Positions 11,626 through 24,069 of a stretch of 64,000 nt of DNA are shown here, piece after piece (position 1 is the first letter of the stretch; every line of letters begins with the position of its first letter). The notes below the pieces were generated by a model. It was not told where the DNA came from and made no database searches. It saw only the letters and a list, made by a program, of their open reading frames with translations. The DNA comes from Mobula hypostoma (Eukaryota): positions 11,966,001 to 12,030,000 of the forward strand of contig NC_086109.1 of the NCBI RefSeq assembly GCF_963921235.1. Direction: 5' to 3'. The position numbers were made by a program, and so were the translations under genes.

Positions 11626-14140
11626 GAACATAAAAAACATAGAACATAGAAATTTACAGCACATTACAGGCCCTTCGGCCCACAATGTTGTGCCGACCAT
11701 GTAACCTACTCCAGAAACTGCCTAGAATTTCCCTAGCACATAGCCCCCTATTTTTCTAAGCTCCACGTACCTATTCAGGAGTCCTTTAAAAGACCCTGTC
11801 ATATCTGCCTCAACCACGGTCACCGGCAGCACATTCCATGCACTCACCACTCTTTGCATAAAAAAAACTTCCCTCTGACATCTTCTCTGTACCTACTTCC
11901 AAGCACCTTAAAACTGTGTCCTCTCATTTAGCCATTTCAGCCTTGGGAAAAAAGCCTCTGACTATCTGCATGATCAATGCCTCTCATCATTTTATATACC
12001 TCTATAAGGTCACCATTCATCCTCCATCATCTACAGAGAGAAGTCCATGTTCACTCAACCTATTCTCATAAGGCATGCTCCCCAATCCAGGCAACATCCT
12101 TGTAAATTTTCTCTGCACCCTTTTTATGGTTTCCACATCCTTCCTGTAGTGAGGTGACCAGAACTGAGCACAGTACTCCAAGTGGGGTCAGACCAGGGTC
12201 CTATATAGCTGTAACATTACTTCTCAGCTCTTGAACTCAATCCTACAGTTGATGAAGGCCAATACACCTTCCTAACCACACTGTCAACCTGCGCAGCAGC
12301 TTTGAGTGTCCTATGGACTCAGACTCCAAGATCCCTCTGATCCCCCACACTTCCAAGAGTCTTACCATTAATATTATATTCTGCCATCATATTTGACCTT
12401 CCAAAATGAATCATCTTTCACTTATCTGGGTTGAACTCCATCTGCCACATCTCATCCCAGATTTCCATCCAATCAATGTCCCGCTGTGATCTCTGACAGC
12501 TCTCCACACTATCCACAACACCCAAACTTTGTGTCATCAAGAAATTTACTAACCCATACCCTCTCTTTCCCATCCAGATAATTTATAAAAAAAAAATCAC
12601 GAAGAGAAGGGTTCCCAGAACAGATCCCTGAGGCACAACACTGGTCACCAATCTCCATGCAGAATACTATCTGTCTACAACCATTCTTTGCCTTCTGTGA
12701 TCAAGCCAGTTCTGGATCCACAAAGCAATTTCCCCTTGGATCCCATGCCTCCTTAATTTCTCAATAAGCCTTGCATGGGGTACTTTATCAAATGCCTTGC
12801 TGAAATCCATATACACTACATCTACAGCTCTACCTTCAACAATGTGTTTTATCACAACCTCAAAAATTTCAATCAGGCTCATAAGGCACTACCGGCCTTT
12901 GACAAAATGATGCTTAATATTCCTGATCATACTATGCCTCTCCAAATGTTCATAAATCCTGCCTCTGAGGATCTTCTCCATCAACTATCAACCACTGAAG
13001 CAAGACTCACTGGTCTATAATTTCCTGGACTATCTCTACACCTTTTCTTAAATATGGGAACAACATCTTCAGATCTCCAATCCTCTGGAACCTCTCCCAT
13101 CCTCATTGATGATGCAAAGATCATTGCCAGAGGCTTAACAATCTCCTCCCTTGCCTCCCACAGTAGCCTGGGATATATCTCGTCTAGTCCTGGTGACTTA
13201 TCCAACCTGATGCTTCCCAAAAGATCCTGAACATCCTCTTTCTTAATGTCTATAGGCCCAAGTGTTTCAGTCCCCTGTAAGAAATCTCTACAATCACCAA
13301 GATCCTTTTCTGTAGTGAATACTGAAGCGAAGTATTTATTAAGTACCTCCGCTGTCTCCTCCGGTTCCATACACACTTTTCCACTGTCACACTTGATTGG
13401 TCCCATTCTCCCACGTCTTATCCTTTTGCTCTTCACATTTGTAGAATGCCTTGGGGCTTTTCTTAATCCTGCTCACCAAGGCCTTCTCATATATCCTTCT
13501 GGCTCTCTTAATTTCATTCTTAAGTTCCTTCCTGCTAGCATTGTAATTTTCTCGATGTCTATCATTACCGATTGTAACCCTTGGTTCAGCTTGCGGCTTT
13601 ATCTTTTTTGAACCTTTCGTAAGCTTTACATTTCTTCTTAGCTAGATTTTCAACAGCCTTTCTACACCATGGTTCCTAACATCTTTTCCCTGTCTCATTG
13701 GAACATACTTAGGCAGAACTCCACACAAATATCCTCGAACGTTTGCCACATTTCTTCTGTGCATTTCCCTGAGAACATCTGCTCCCAATTTACACTTCCA
13801 AGTTCTTGCCTGATAGCCCCATATTTTCCCTTACTCCAATTAAATGCTTTCATAGCTTATCTGCTCCTATCCCTTTCCAATGCTATGGTAAAGGAGATAG
13901 AATTGTGATCACTATTTCTAAAATGCTCTCCATTGAGAGACCTGACACCCGATCAGGTTTATTTCCCAATAACAGATCAAGTACAGACTCTTCTTGTAGG
14001 CTTCTCTACATATTGTGTCAGGAAACCTTCCTGAACACACCTAACAAACTCAACCCTATCTAAACCCGTTGCCCACAGGAGTTGCCAATTAATATTGGGA
14101 AAATTAAAATCTCCCATCACGACAACCCTGTTATTTTGGT
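11626..14140 (-). mobile_element. Degenerate CR1 LINE
   Basis: Minus-strand ORF fragments 12667-12882 (YMDFSKAFDKVPH) and 12981-13436 (DKSPGLD, NYRPVSL). (ctatgtt)-type tail at the left end. Confidence 0.9.
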
Positions 14141-14272
14141 TCCGGCAAACCTGTTATTAAATCTGGGGATTGCCGGGTGGCAGGGTTCAAAGGGCTGGAA
14201 GGTTCTATTCCACGCTGTATCTGAATGAATAAGTAAATAAATAAATAGACCTATATATATCTTCAAATATTA

Positions 14273-14900
14273 GGGAGGAGAAGATGGCGACGCGATGCAG
14301 CGCGCAGTGGCCACTTCGGTGTATATCTGTTATCTGTCAAGTAGGGTGCCGTGCACAATCCTGATTTGATGGAGACAGACACGAGAGCATGGAAGAACAT
14401 CTGCTAAAACTTCTGAAATGCCTGTTTCGCTGCTGTGTGATCCAAAATCTCCGGAGGCGAAGGCCCCGAGTCCTCGGCTTTGCTTGTTGCTCGGCGGCTG
14501 GGGCGGGGTGAGAGATGGTGCTTGGTGTCAGAGGGCTGGTCGGAGGCTCGAAGTTTTTGGATGGACTTAGAGTCGGCTGCTGTCGGGTGCTTCCAATGCA
14601 TCGGCAAGTTTGTGGCGCTTGGAGGTTCATGGCAGGGAGAGTTTCTCCCTTCTACCGTCTGCGTGAGATGATGGGGCTACCGGGATTTGAGACTTTTTTT
14701 TTAAACCGTGCCCATGGTCTGTTCTTAGGGTACAGTATTGCTTTGCACTGTTGTAACTAAGTTATAATTATGTGGTTTTGTCAGTTTTAGTCTTGGTTTG
14801 TCCTGTGTTTCTGTGATATCTTTCTGGAGGAACATTATCTTTTCTTAATGCATGCATTTCTAAATGACAATAAATGAGGACTGAGTGTCCTCATAATCTA
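14273..14900 (+). repeat. Unclassified ~0.6-kb interspersed repeat; second copy at 61027-61650 on the minus strand
   Basis: Both copies start ggaggagaagatggc and end aatgcatgcatt...aaat(g/a)a(g/a)g(a/g)ggact...gtgtc(c/t)tcataatct. Confidence 0.6.
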
Positions 14901-15113
14901 AAAAAAATTGCCTGGATTGGAGTGTATTAGCTATGGTCATAAGTTGGACAGACTTGGATTGTTTTTGCTACAGCATATGAAGCTGAGGAAAGATCAGATA
15001 GAAGTTTATAAAGTTATAGAAGTCAGATTGGGAAAATAGTCAGAATTCTGTTCCCAGGGTGAAATACCAAAATAATAGTGAGCATAATTTTAAGGTGAAA
15101 AGGTTAAAGGATA

Positions 15114-15930
15114 CAGTGGAATGCAAAAGTTTGGGCACTCCAGTCAAAATTTCTGTTACTGTGAATAGTTCAGTGAGTAGAAGATGAACTGATCTCCAAA
15201 AGTCATAAATTAAAGATAAAACATTCTTTTCAACATCTTAAGTAAGATTAATGTATTATTTTGTTTTGTACAATTTTAGAGTGAAGGGAAGGAGCACCAT
15301 GCAGAAGTTTGGGCACCCCAAGAGATTTGAGCTCTCAAATAACTTTTACCAAGGTCTCAGACCTTAATTAGCTTATTAGGGCTTTGGCTTGTCAGAGTCA
15401 TCGTTAGGAAAAGCCAGGTGATGCAAATTTCAAAGCTTTATAAATACCCTGACTCCTCAAACCTTGTCCCGACAATCAGCAGCCATGGGATCCTCTAAGC
15501 AGCAGCCTAGCACTCTGAAAATTAAAATAATTGATGCCCACAAAGCAGGAGAAGGCTATAAGAAGATAGCAAAGTGCTTTCAGGTAGCTGTTTCCTCAGC
15601 TTGTAATGTAATTAAGAAATGGCAGTTAACAGGAACGGTGGAGGTCAATTTGAGGTCTGGAAGACCAAGAAAATTTTCTGAGAGAACTGCTCATAGGATT
15701 GCTAGAAAGTCAAATCTAAACCCCTGTTTGACTGCAAAAGACCTTCAGGAAGATTTAGCAGACTCTGGATCGGTAGTGCATTATTCTACTGTGCAGCAAC
15801 ACCTGCACAAATATGACCTTCATGGAAGAGTCATCAGAAGAAAACCTTTCCTGTGTCCTCACCACAAAATTCAGCATCAGAAGTTTTCAAAGGAACATCT
15901 AAACATGCCTGATGCATTTTGGAAACAAAG
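15114..15930 (+). mobile_element. Tc1/mariner transposon, left half only (TIR plus transposase N-terminus), truncated at the start of a CR1
   Basis: TA|cagtggaatgcaaaagtttgggcac terminus with an internal direct repeat near 15298. ORF from ATG 15485, MGSSKQ...GEGYKKIAK...RSGRPRK...RKKP-like (paired HTH domains). The DDE domain is absent. Confidence 0.9.
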
Positions 15931-18900
15931 AGAAATAGAATGAAGGGTGTAGAGGTAGTAAGGTAGAAGGGCTAAAGTGCGTGTACTTCAATGCAAGAAG
16001 CATCAGGAACAAAGGTGATGAACTGAGAGCTTGGATACATAGGTGGAATTATGATGTCGTGGCCATTACAGAGACTTGGCTGGCACCAGGGCAGGGATGG
16101 ATTCTCAATATTCCTGGATTTCAGTGCTTTAAAAAGGGATAGAGAGGGATGAAAAAGGGGAGGAGGGGTGGCATTACTGGTCAGGGATACTATTACAGCT
16201 ACAGAAAGGGTGGGTAATGTAGCAGGATCCTCTTTTGAGTCAATATGGGTGGAAGTCAGGAACAGGAAGGGAGCAGTTACTCTATTGGGGGTATTCTATA
16301 GGCCCCCTGGTAGCAGCAGAGATACCGAGGAACAGACTGGGAGGCAGATTTTGGAAAGGTGCAAAAATAACAGGGTTGTTATCATGGGTAACTTTAATTT
16401 CCCTATTATTGATTGGCACCTGATTAGTTCCAATGGTTTAGACGGGACAGAATTTGTTAAGTGTCCAGGACTGATTCTGTCATAGTATCGACAGGCCGAC
16501 TAGGGAGAATGCCATACTATATCTAGTATTAGGTAACGAACCAGGTCCGGTCACAGATCTCTCAGTGGGTGTGCATCTGGGGGACAATGACCACCACTCC
16601 CTGGCCTTTAGCATTATCATGGAAAAGGAGAGAGGACAGGAAAATTTTTAATTGGGGAAGGGCACATTATGAGGCTATAAGACTAGAAATTGCGGGTGTG
16701 AATTGGGATGGCTTTTGCAGGGAAATGTACTATGGACATGTGGTCGATGTTTAGGGATCTCTTGCAGGATGTTAGGGATAAATTTGTCCTGGTGAGGAAG
16801 ATAAAGAATGGTAGGGTGAAGGAACCATGGGTGACAAGTGAGGGGGAGAATCTAGTCAGGTGGAAGGCGGCAGCATATATGAGGTTTAGGAAGCAAGGAG
16901 CAGATGGGTCTATTTAAGAATATAGGGTAGCAAGAAAGGAGCTTAAGCGGCTGAGGAGAGCAAGAAGGGGGCATGAGAAGGCCTTGGCGAGTAGGGTAAA
17001 GGAAAACCCCAAGGCATTCTTCAATTATGTGAAGAAAAAAGGATGACAGGAGTGAAGGTAGGACCGATTAGAGATAAAGGTGGGAAGATGTGCCTGGAGG
17101 CTGTAGAAGTGAGTGGAGTCCTCAATGAATACTTCTTTTCAGTATTCACCAATGAGAGGGAACTTGATGACGGTGAAGACAATATGAGTGAGGTTAATGT
17201 TCTGGACCATGTTATTATTAAGGGAGAGGTGGTGTTGGAGTTATTAAAATACATTAGGATGGATAAGTTCCCAGGGCCTGACAGAATATTCCCCAGGCTG
17301 GTCCACGAGATGAGGGAAGAGGTTGCTGAGCATCTGGCTAGGATCTTTATGTCCTCGTTGTCCACAGGAATGGTACCGGAGGATTGGAGGGAGGTGAATG
17401 TTGTCCCCTTGTTCAAAAAAGGTCATAGGGATAGTCCAGGTAATTATAGACCAGTGAGCCTTACGTCTGTGGTGGGAAAGCTGTCAGAAAAGATTCTTAG
17501 AGATAGGATCTCTGGGCATTTAGAGAATCATGGTCTGATCAGGGACAGTCAGCATGGCTTTGTGAAGGGCAGATCATGTCTAACAAGCCTGATAGAGTTC
17601 TTTGAGGAGGCGACCAGCCATATAAATGAGGGTAGTGCAGTGGATGTGATCTACATGGATTTTAGTAAGGCATTTGACAAGGTTCCACACTGTAGGCTTA
17701 TTTAGAAAGTCAGAAGGCATGGGATCCAGGGAAGTTTGGCCAGGTGGATTCAGAATTGGCTTGCCTGCAGAAGGCAGAGGGTGGTGGAGGGAGTACATTC
17801 AGATTGGAGGATTGTGACTAGTGGTGTCCCACAAGAATCTGTTCCGGGACCTCTACTTTTCGTGATTTTTATTAATGACCTGGATGTGGGGGTAGAAGGG
17901 TGGGTTGGCAAGTTTGCAGACGACACAAAGGTTGGTGGTGTTGTGGATAGTGTAGAGGATTGTTGAAGATTGCAGAGAGACATTGATAGGATGCAGAAGT
18001 GGTCTGAGAAGTGGCAGATAGAGTTCAACCCAGAGAAGTGTGAGATGATACACTTTGGAAGGACGAACTCCAAGGCAGAGTACAAAGTAAATGGCAGGAT
18101 ACTTGGAAGAGTGGAAGAGCAGAGGGATCTGGGTGTACATGTCCACAGATCTCTGAAAGTTGCTCCACAGGTAAATAGGGTAGTTAAAAAAGCTTATGGA
18201 GTGTTAGCTTTCATAAGTCAAGGGATAGAGTTTAAGAGTCATGACGTAATGATGCAGCTCTATAAAACTCTGGTTAGGCCACACTTGGAGTACTGTGTCG
18301 AGTTCTGGTTGCCTCACTATAGAAGGGATGTGGAAGTATTGGAAAGGGAACAGAGGAGATTGACCTGGATGCTGCTTGGTTTAGAGTGTATGCATTATGA
18401 TCAGAGATTAAAAGAGCATGTCACAGTGGGGGCACTGGTAATGGACCCAAATGCAAGACACAGACACTGAAGTACAAGGAACAGGACTTGACAGGATTCA
18501 GGCCAGGAGCAGGGACAAGAACACAGACTTGGGCTAGGGAAAGCAGGACCAGGATTAGAAACCATGGACTAGGAAGCAACACTTCGACTCCAAGCCTGAA
18601 ACTGGACAAGGACCCAGAACCTGGGTCTTGCCTCTGGCTTGGTCCCCAGAACCAGGCAAGGACATGACATGGCTGGGGTCTAGAAGCCTGAGCTTGGAGA
18701 CAAGACGAGGCTTGGACTCCAAGCCCGAGACTGAACAGGGACCCAGAACCTAGGTCTTGCCTCGGGCTCAGACTCCAGAACCAGGCAAGGACATGACATG
18801 GCTGCAGGCTGGGGTCTTGGGTCTAGAGCTTGGAGGCTAGGGATACTCAAGGCTTGGGTTTTCGGGGCTCGGCTCAGGACCTTTGTCTTGAAATGCGGAG

Positions 18901-20131
18901 GCTGATAACTTGGAGGCTGGAGCTGAGAGACCAACTGGGAACTGAACATCAACATAGAGCCAGGACTTGTCCTTCAAAAAGCCAGGACTCATCATTAGCA
19001 CGACACCAACATGAGACAGGACAGTACATAGACAGATCTGGGACTTATACTTTGATAAACCAGGACTCAACTCCTCTGCACCAAGGTGGGACAGGTCCAA
19101 CTGTTAGGTAACAGCAGAACAGCCAGACTTATCCAACAGAGGCAAAGTCAAGACATGTCCCCTCACAGGGCAATGGCAAAACAGCCTGACTTACCCCACA
19201 GAGGCAAGGACAAGACAAGACATGACATGACCCCCCCCCCATCCCCCCACACAGCAACAGCAAAATAGCCTGACTTACTCCACAGAGGCAAGGACAAGGA
19301 GACAAACACTAAAGAATGACAGACAGTTCCATCTCTGCTCCGGGGTAGCTCCAAGTCACAGTTACAGCCAGCAACCTCTGCTGGCTACAGAAACAGCCAG
19401 ATCCCTACCTAGCTCAGAGTAGCTGGCAGCCACTCAGCTGGCCCAGGAAACAGCCAAATCCATACTGCAAAGACTACTCCAACAAGTGGTAACAAGGCTC
19501 CATGAAGCAGTGGTCCTCCAACCAGGTCAGGAGATCACAAATGGTTTCACTAGCCTTCCATCAGCAGGTTGCTCCAAGGGGGACTGACAAGACAAACCAG
19601 CAGCCCACACTCAAACCCCAAGGCTACTTATATTCCAACCCTCAAGATGGGAATCAGGTGCCTGTGATTAACTCACCCAAACGAGGGACAGCTGGAAGAC
19701 CCGGAGTTCTGAGTGCACGGACTGGACCATGACAGAGCTAGGGCTTTACTCTCTGGAGAGAAGGAGGATGAGAGGAGACATGACAGAGGTATACAAGATA
19801 TTAAGAGGAATAGATAGAGTGGACAGCCAGCGCCTCTTCCCCAGGGCACTACTGCTCAATACAAGAGGACATGGCTTTAAATTAAGGGGTGGGAAGTTCA
19901 AGGGGGATATTAGAGGAAGGTTTTTCACTCAGAGAGTGGTTGGTGCGTGGAATGCACTGCCTGAGTCAGTGGTGGAGGCAGATACACTTCTTAAATTTAA
20001 GAGACTACTAGACAGGTATATGGAGGAATTTAAGGTGGGGGTTATATGGGAGGCAGGGTTTAAGGGTTGGCACAACATTGTGGGCCGAAAGGCCTGTACT
20101 GTGCTGTACTGTTCTATGTTCTATGTTCTAT
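15931..20131 (+). mobile_element. CR1 LINE with nearly complete but disrupted ORF2, interrupted by a 1.3-kb insertion
   Basis: Endonuclease motifs (YFNARSI, AITETW, GVFYRPP), RT motifs (NYRPVSL, QHGF, FADD) and 3' domain. (ttctatg)3 tail ending near 20131. Confidence 0.93.
18419..19734. mobile_element. 1316-bp solo-LTR-like insertion inside CR1 ORF2
   Basis: Termini TGTCA...TGACA with flanks gagca/gagct (near-perfect 5-bp TSD). CR1 sequence resumes exactly after it. Internal direct repeats at about 18617/18744 and 19175/19259. No coding homology recognised. Confidence 0.7.
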
Positions 20132-20238
20132 GAGAATCCCCCAAACAAGAATATCAGTGCTTCCCTGACTCTTCCCAGGGAAAATATGAATCAGACATTT
20201 CTATCAAAACATAAAATGAATCAATGAGAAAAACCTAC

Positions 20239-20477
20239 CGTCAGATACTTGTAAATACACATCAAACACTTGATGTTTGCCAGATGTTGTAATGCCACAT
20301 CTGTAATGCCCTGTACCATTAGAGTCAAGATTCTCCATAGTAACAGTAAATATTCCCTGAGATGTGATATCTCTGATTGTCATTCTTCCACACTGCATAG
20401 TGCATAGTGACAATCGATTGTGGTCGCTCTTCCCACAACTCCTCTTACTTTATCTTCTGTCCATAAAGCACCTGAAA
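20239..20477 (-). pseudogene. Ig V-domain pseudo-exon (module A) with a net 82-nt internal deletion
   Basis: Splice sites intact. Reads VSGALWTEDKVRGVVGRATTIDCHYA, then frameshifts at a tgcatag duplication (20394-20407). The C-C'' strands are missing compared with the 24-kb V exon. Confidence 0.9.
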
Positions 20478-22295
20478 CTGAGAGAGAAGTTTCTCAGAAA
20501 ATGGACAGGTAAAACCAAATTTACACAAGTGGATTGAAGATCCTATGTTGTTTAGTGTTAGTTCCTGTACGCAGTTGTAAAGGATAATGAAAATCATTGT
20601 TACTCTGCATCTGACTTAGAAAAAAAATACAAAAGATAAAGAACACAATGATAATAAAAAAGATGTTTTATGAAAAGCTGTTGCTATGTTTTAAACAATC
20701 TGACACACTGTCGATTGGTGTGATTAAATTCCACAAAGGCAACAGCATCATCCCTCATCACGTGCTCAGAGCTCTTCACAAGTAATGATTTTTATTTGAT
20801 TGGAGTCATCATTGTCACTGCCCACTAATGTCTCAGTGTACTTCCACATTTCTGAGTCAATAGATTACTGATCCAGTCCCATTCCAGGCAGGTGAGCATA
20901 AGGTCAGTAATGGGTAACTTACTGGAGGCAATTGTCTGAGACAGAATCTACCTTGATTTTACAAATGCAAGATCTGATTTGGGATGGTGAACATGATTTT
21001 GTGCATGGGAAATTGTCTTGCAAAAAATACGACTGAGTTTTATTGAAGAGATGACCAAAGGGATTGATGAGGGCAAGGCAGTCATGTTTGGCACATGAAA
21101 TTTAGCAAGTGCTGAGACAAGATCTCACATAGGAGACTGATCTGTAATACGGTAGGCTTTGAACTTTGAACTAGGAAAGTGGCCAATGGAACAGCTGATG
21201 GAATTGAACTCAGGTAGTGTGAGGCCATGCATGTTGGGGGATTAAACAAGGGCACAACTTACACAGTGAAGAACCAGGTGCGCAACTACATAGATCCCTG
21301 AAAATGGCAACACAGGTGGACAAAATGGGGAACAAGGCAAATGCCATGCTTGCCTTCATTGGATGGAGCATTAAGTACAGCTGGGATGGCATGTTACAGC
21401 TATAAAGGACATTGATAAGATCTCATCTGGACTACTCTGTGCAGTTCCAGAGGAAGAATGTGATTAATTAGAGAAGATACAGAAAACATTCCCAAAGATG
21501 CTGCTGGGACTGAAGGGTTTGGGTTATCAATAGGCTGGGACTGTTTTCCCTGAAGTGACTGCAGCTGAGGGGTGACCTTATAGAGGTTTCAAATAAAAAG
21601 GGCCAAAGTATTGTGGATAATCATAGTCTTTATCCCAGAGTAGGGGAGTAGAAAACTAGAGGGCCTAGACTGATAGTCAGAGTGGAAAGTCCCATTTTTG
21701 TCATAATGCTTGTGCCTTCCTCAGTCTCAAATTATGCAAAATACTTATTAGTTTGGTTCTCCATTTCTTTGTCCCTCATTACAACCTCTCCAGCATTATT
21801 ATCCAGTGGTCTGATATCCACCTTTGCTTCTGTTTTACTCTTCATGCATCTGAAACTCTTTTGGAATCCTCATATTTTTGGCTAGTTTCCCTTTATATTT
21901 CATCTTTTCTCTCCTTATAATATTTTTTGGTGCCTTCTGTTGGTTTTCAAAAGTTTCCAATTCTCTAAATTCCCAATAATTTTTGCTATATTTTATGTCC
22001 TTCCTTTTGTTTTTATGAATGTCACTGTCTCACAACTCAACACCCATTCCAGCATCTTCAATGCAGAAACCAGAAGTATAAAGGGAATGTTTTCAATTTG
22101 TCAGGATGTGCAAGTCCAACTATGTTTGAGATGCTCCATGTTTTCCAGGAGGAAGAACTACCCTATTTTGGCTGCAATGTGTAGCTTCTATAAATGGAAA
22201 GAAATTCCTTACCCTCACTAGAAGCATAAGAACAGCAGTAACAGAGGAACAAAAAAGAATATTGAAATGTATCCACCCTTGAAATTAGAAATTAC

Positions 22296-22616
22296 TGGTG
22301 CCATTGATTTCTGTCACATAACTGCAGATCTCTCCATTGCTGAAGATTGTCATTTTAACTGTTCCACTGATTTCTTCTCCAAATTTATTCGAGGCACTGC
22401 AGTAATATTGATGGTACTGGTGGTCCAAGGATTGACAATGTAGAGCCAGTTCATTGGTATTTGTGATCTGTGGATGCCCAGATGAGGTTTGTTCATACCA
22501 TGTGTACTGAATGGGAAGGGATCCCTGGAGAGACTCATAGGAAACTGACCCTGAGCCCCCGAGACGTGAGACATTTGCTGGTGACAGATATCGAAGCACA
22601 GGAACAGACACAGGTT
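22296..22616 (-). CDS. Second, C2/FcR-like Ig domain exon (module B), open frame, 321 nt, phase 1 to 1
   Basis: Acceptor tttttcacag|AA, donor A|gtaatt. Reads EPVSVPVLRYLSPANVSRLGGSGSVSYESLQGSLPIQYTWYEQ...LHCQSL...QYYCSASN...EICSYVTEINGT. The B-strand Cys position holds Tyr. Confidence 0.85.
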
Positions 22617-24069
22617 CTGTGAAAAAGAATCAGTGAACATCAGAAAATCAAAAACACTAAAGATTTCATCAGATCTGTATCTCAACCAAGACCCACCAGT
22701 TTAGAATTTCAGAAGCTCATCTACCTCTCTATATCATTGTATTCTCACAGCTGCCTGAGTTTCCATGTCTGCCAGTATTCCAGAACTCAGCAGGTCTCCA
22801 GATCAGGACAGCAGTGATTAAACTGAGTACGTGTCAGAGTGAACATCAGAATTACAATCTCTCTCAGCAGCAAGGAGACACCTAACAGTATGACTTTTTA
22901 ATGGAAGCATTTGTGAGTGTCCTGGAAAACTCTCCATAATGTGAAAGCAGGAAATTGTCAGATACAGACAAAATGGTGACTTTAGGGAGAGAGTATAATT
23001 GTGATTGTTTCAGTGACCTGCAGCAGGATGGGAACCCATTCATTTTGTTATCTGTATGAAGCCAACAAGGAATCATGCGAGACTGGAGAACCAGAAAGAC
23101 CATAGACCATAAGACCATCAGACATAGGAGCAGAATGAGGCCATTCAGTCCATCGAATCTTCTCCACCATTCAAACACAGCAGATTTATTACCCTTCTTA
23201 ATAGTGAGCATATTTTTAAGGTGATAGGGGGAAAGTTTAAAGGACTTCGTGAGACAAGATTCTTTACACCCAGGGTGGTGACTGCAGGGTGAAAACAATC
23301 AGATCAGTTAGGGAAAGGGATATTATAACAATATTTAAGAGGCTTTTGGATGAGGACATGAAAAGGGAGGGAATGGAGGGATATGGACCATATGCAGGAA
23401 GGTGGAATTAGCTTAGAATGATATCATGGTCAGTGAACACATGATAGGCCAAAGAGTCTATTCTTGTGCTGGACTGGGTCCCAGGTTCTCTCAAAATCCA
23501 TTGCTCTATTTCCCAGGAATGGGCCAGATGGAGAATCTGGCTACTGTGAAGTGAGTGGTAAGTGGGTGCTGTGGGGTGGAGTAGCGGAACACATCGACAG
23601 GGACAGCGAGAAAGAGCATGGGGTATGGATGGAGTGACTGATCTATGAAGTGTGGATGGGAAGTGGGATAGCCTATGAGAACTGAACACAGTTTGTTTTG
23701 ATCTTGGATCTGATTCCCTTTTTATGATTTTCAAAGTGTTTAGACTATGAGTTACTCTTGTTTCTCATCGGCCTGTTAGTGTTATTAGTACTTGTCTGAA
23801 TGCAATCCCCTGAGAAGTCGACATTTCAAACTGTGTTAGTGTAGGAAAATGTGCTGAGCCTCCCACTGGAGACCGGTGTCCCATCGGTGGGTTAGACCCC
23901 AACCTGGGTGAGAGCAATGTGAGTGGGGTTTCCCGAATCCTGCACACTCACCGAAGGGCTCTGCATTGCAACAGAGCTTCAAAATACTGGTGCTCCCCTG
24001 ACTCTTCCAGGAGAAAATACTGATCAGACATTTTGGTGGAGACGTCAAGTCAATCAATGAGAAACCTAC

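Noticed and set aside
18617-19310. Spaced direct repeats superficially resembling a repeat-spacer array
   Set aside because: Only two imperfect copies of each unit, inside an LTR-like insertion in a vertebrate genome. Not CRISPR.
22882-23298. 138-aa ORF and its paralog at 34679-34969 between V and C2
   Set aside because: Built partly from a CR1 tail, no splice signals, and indels differ between copies. Explained as duplicated intron.
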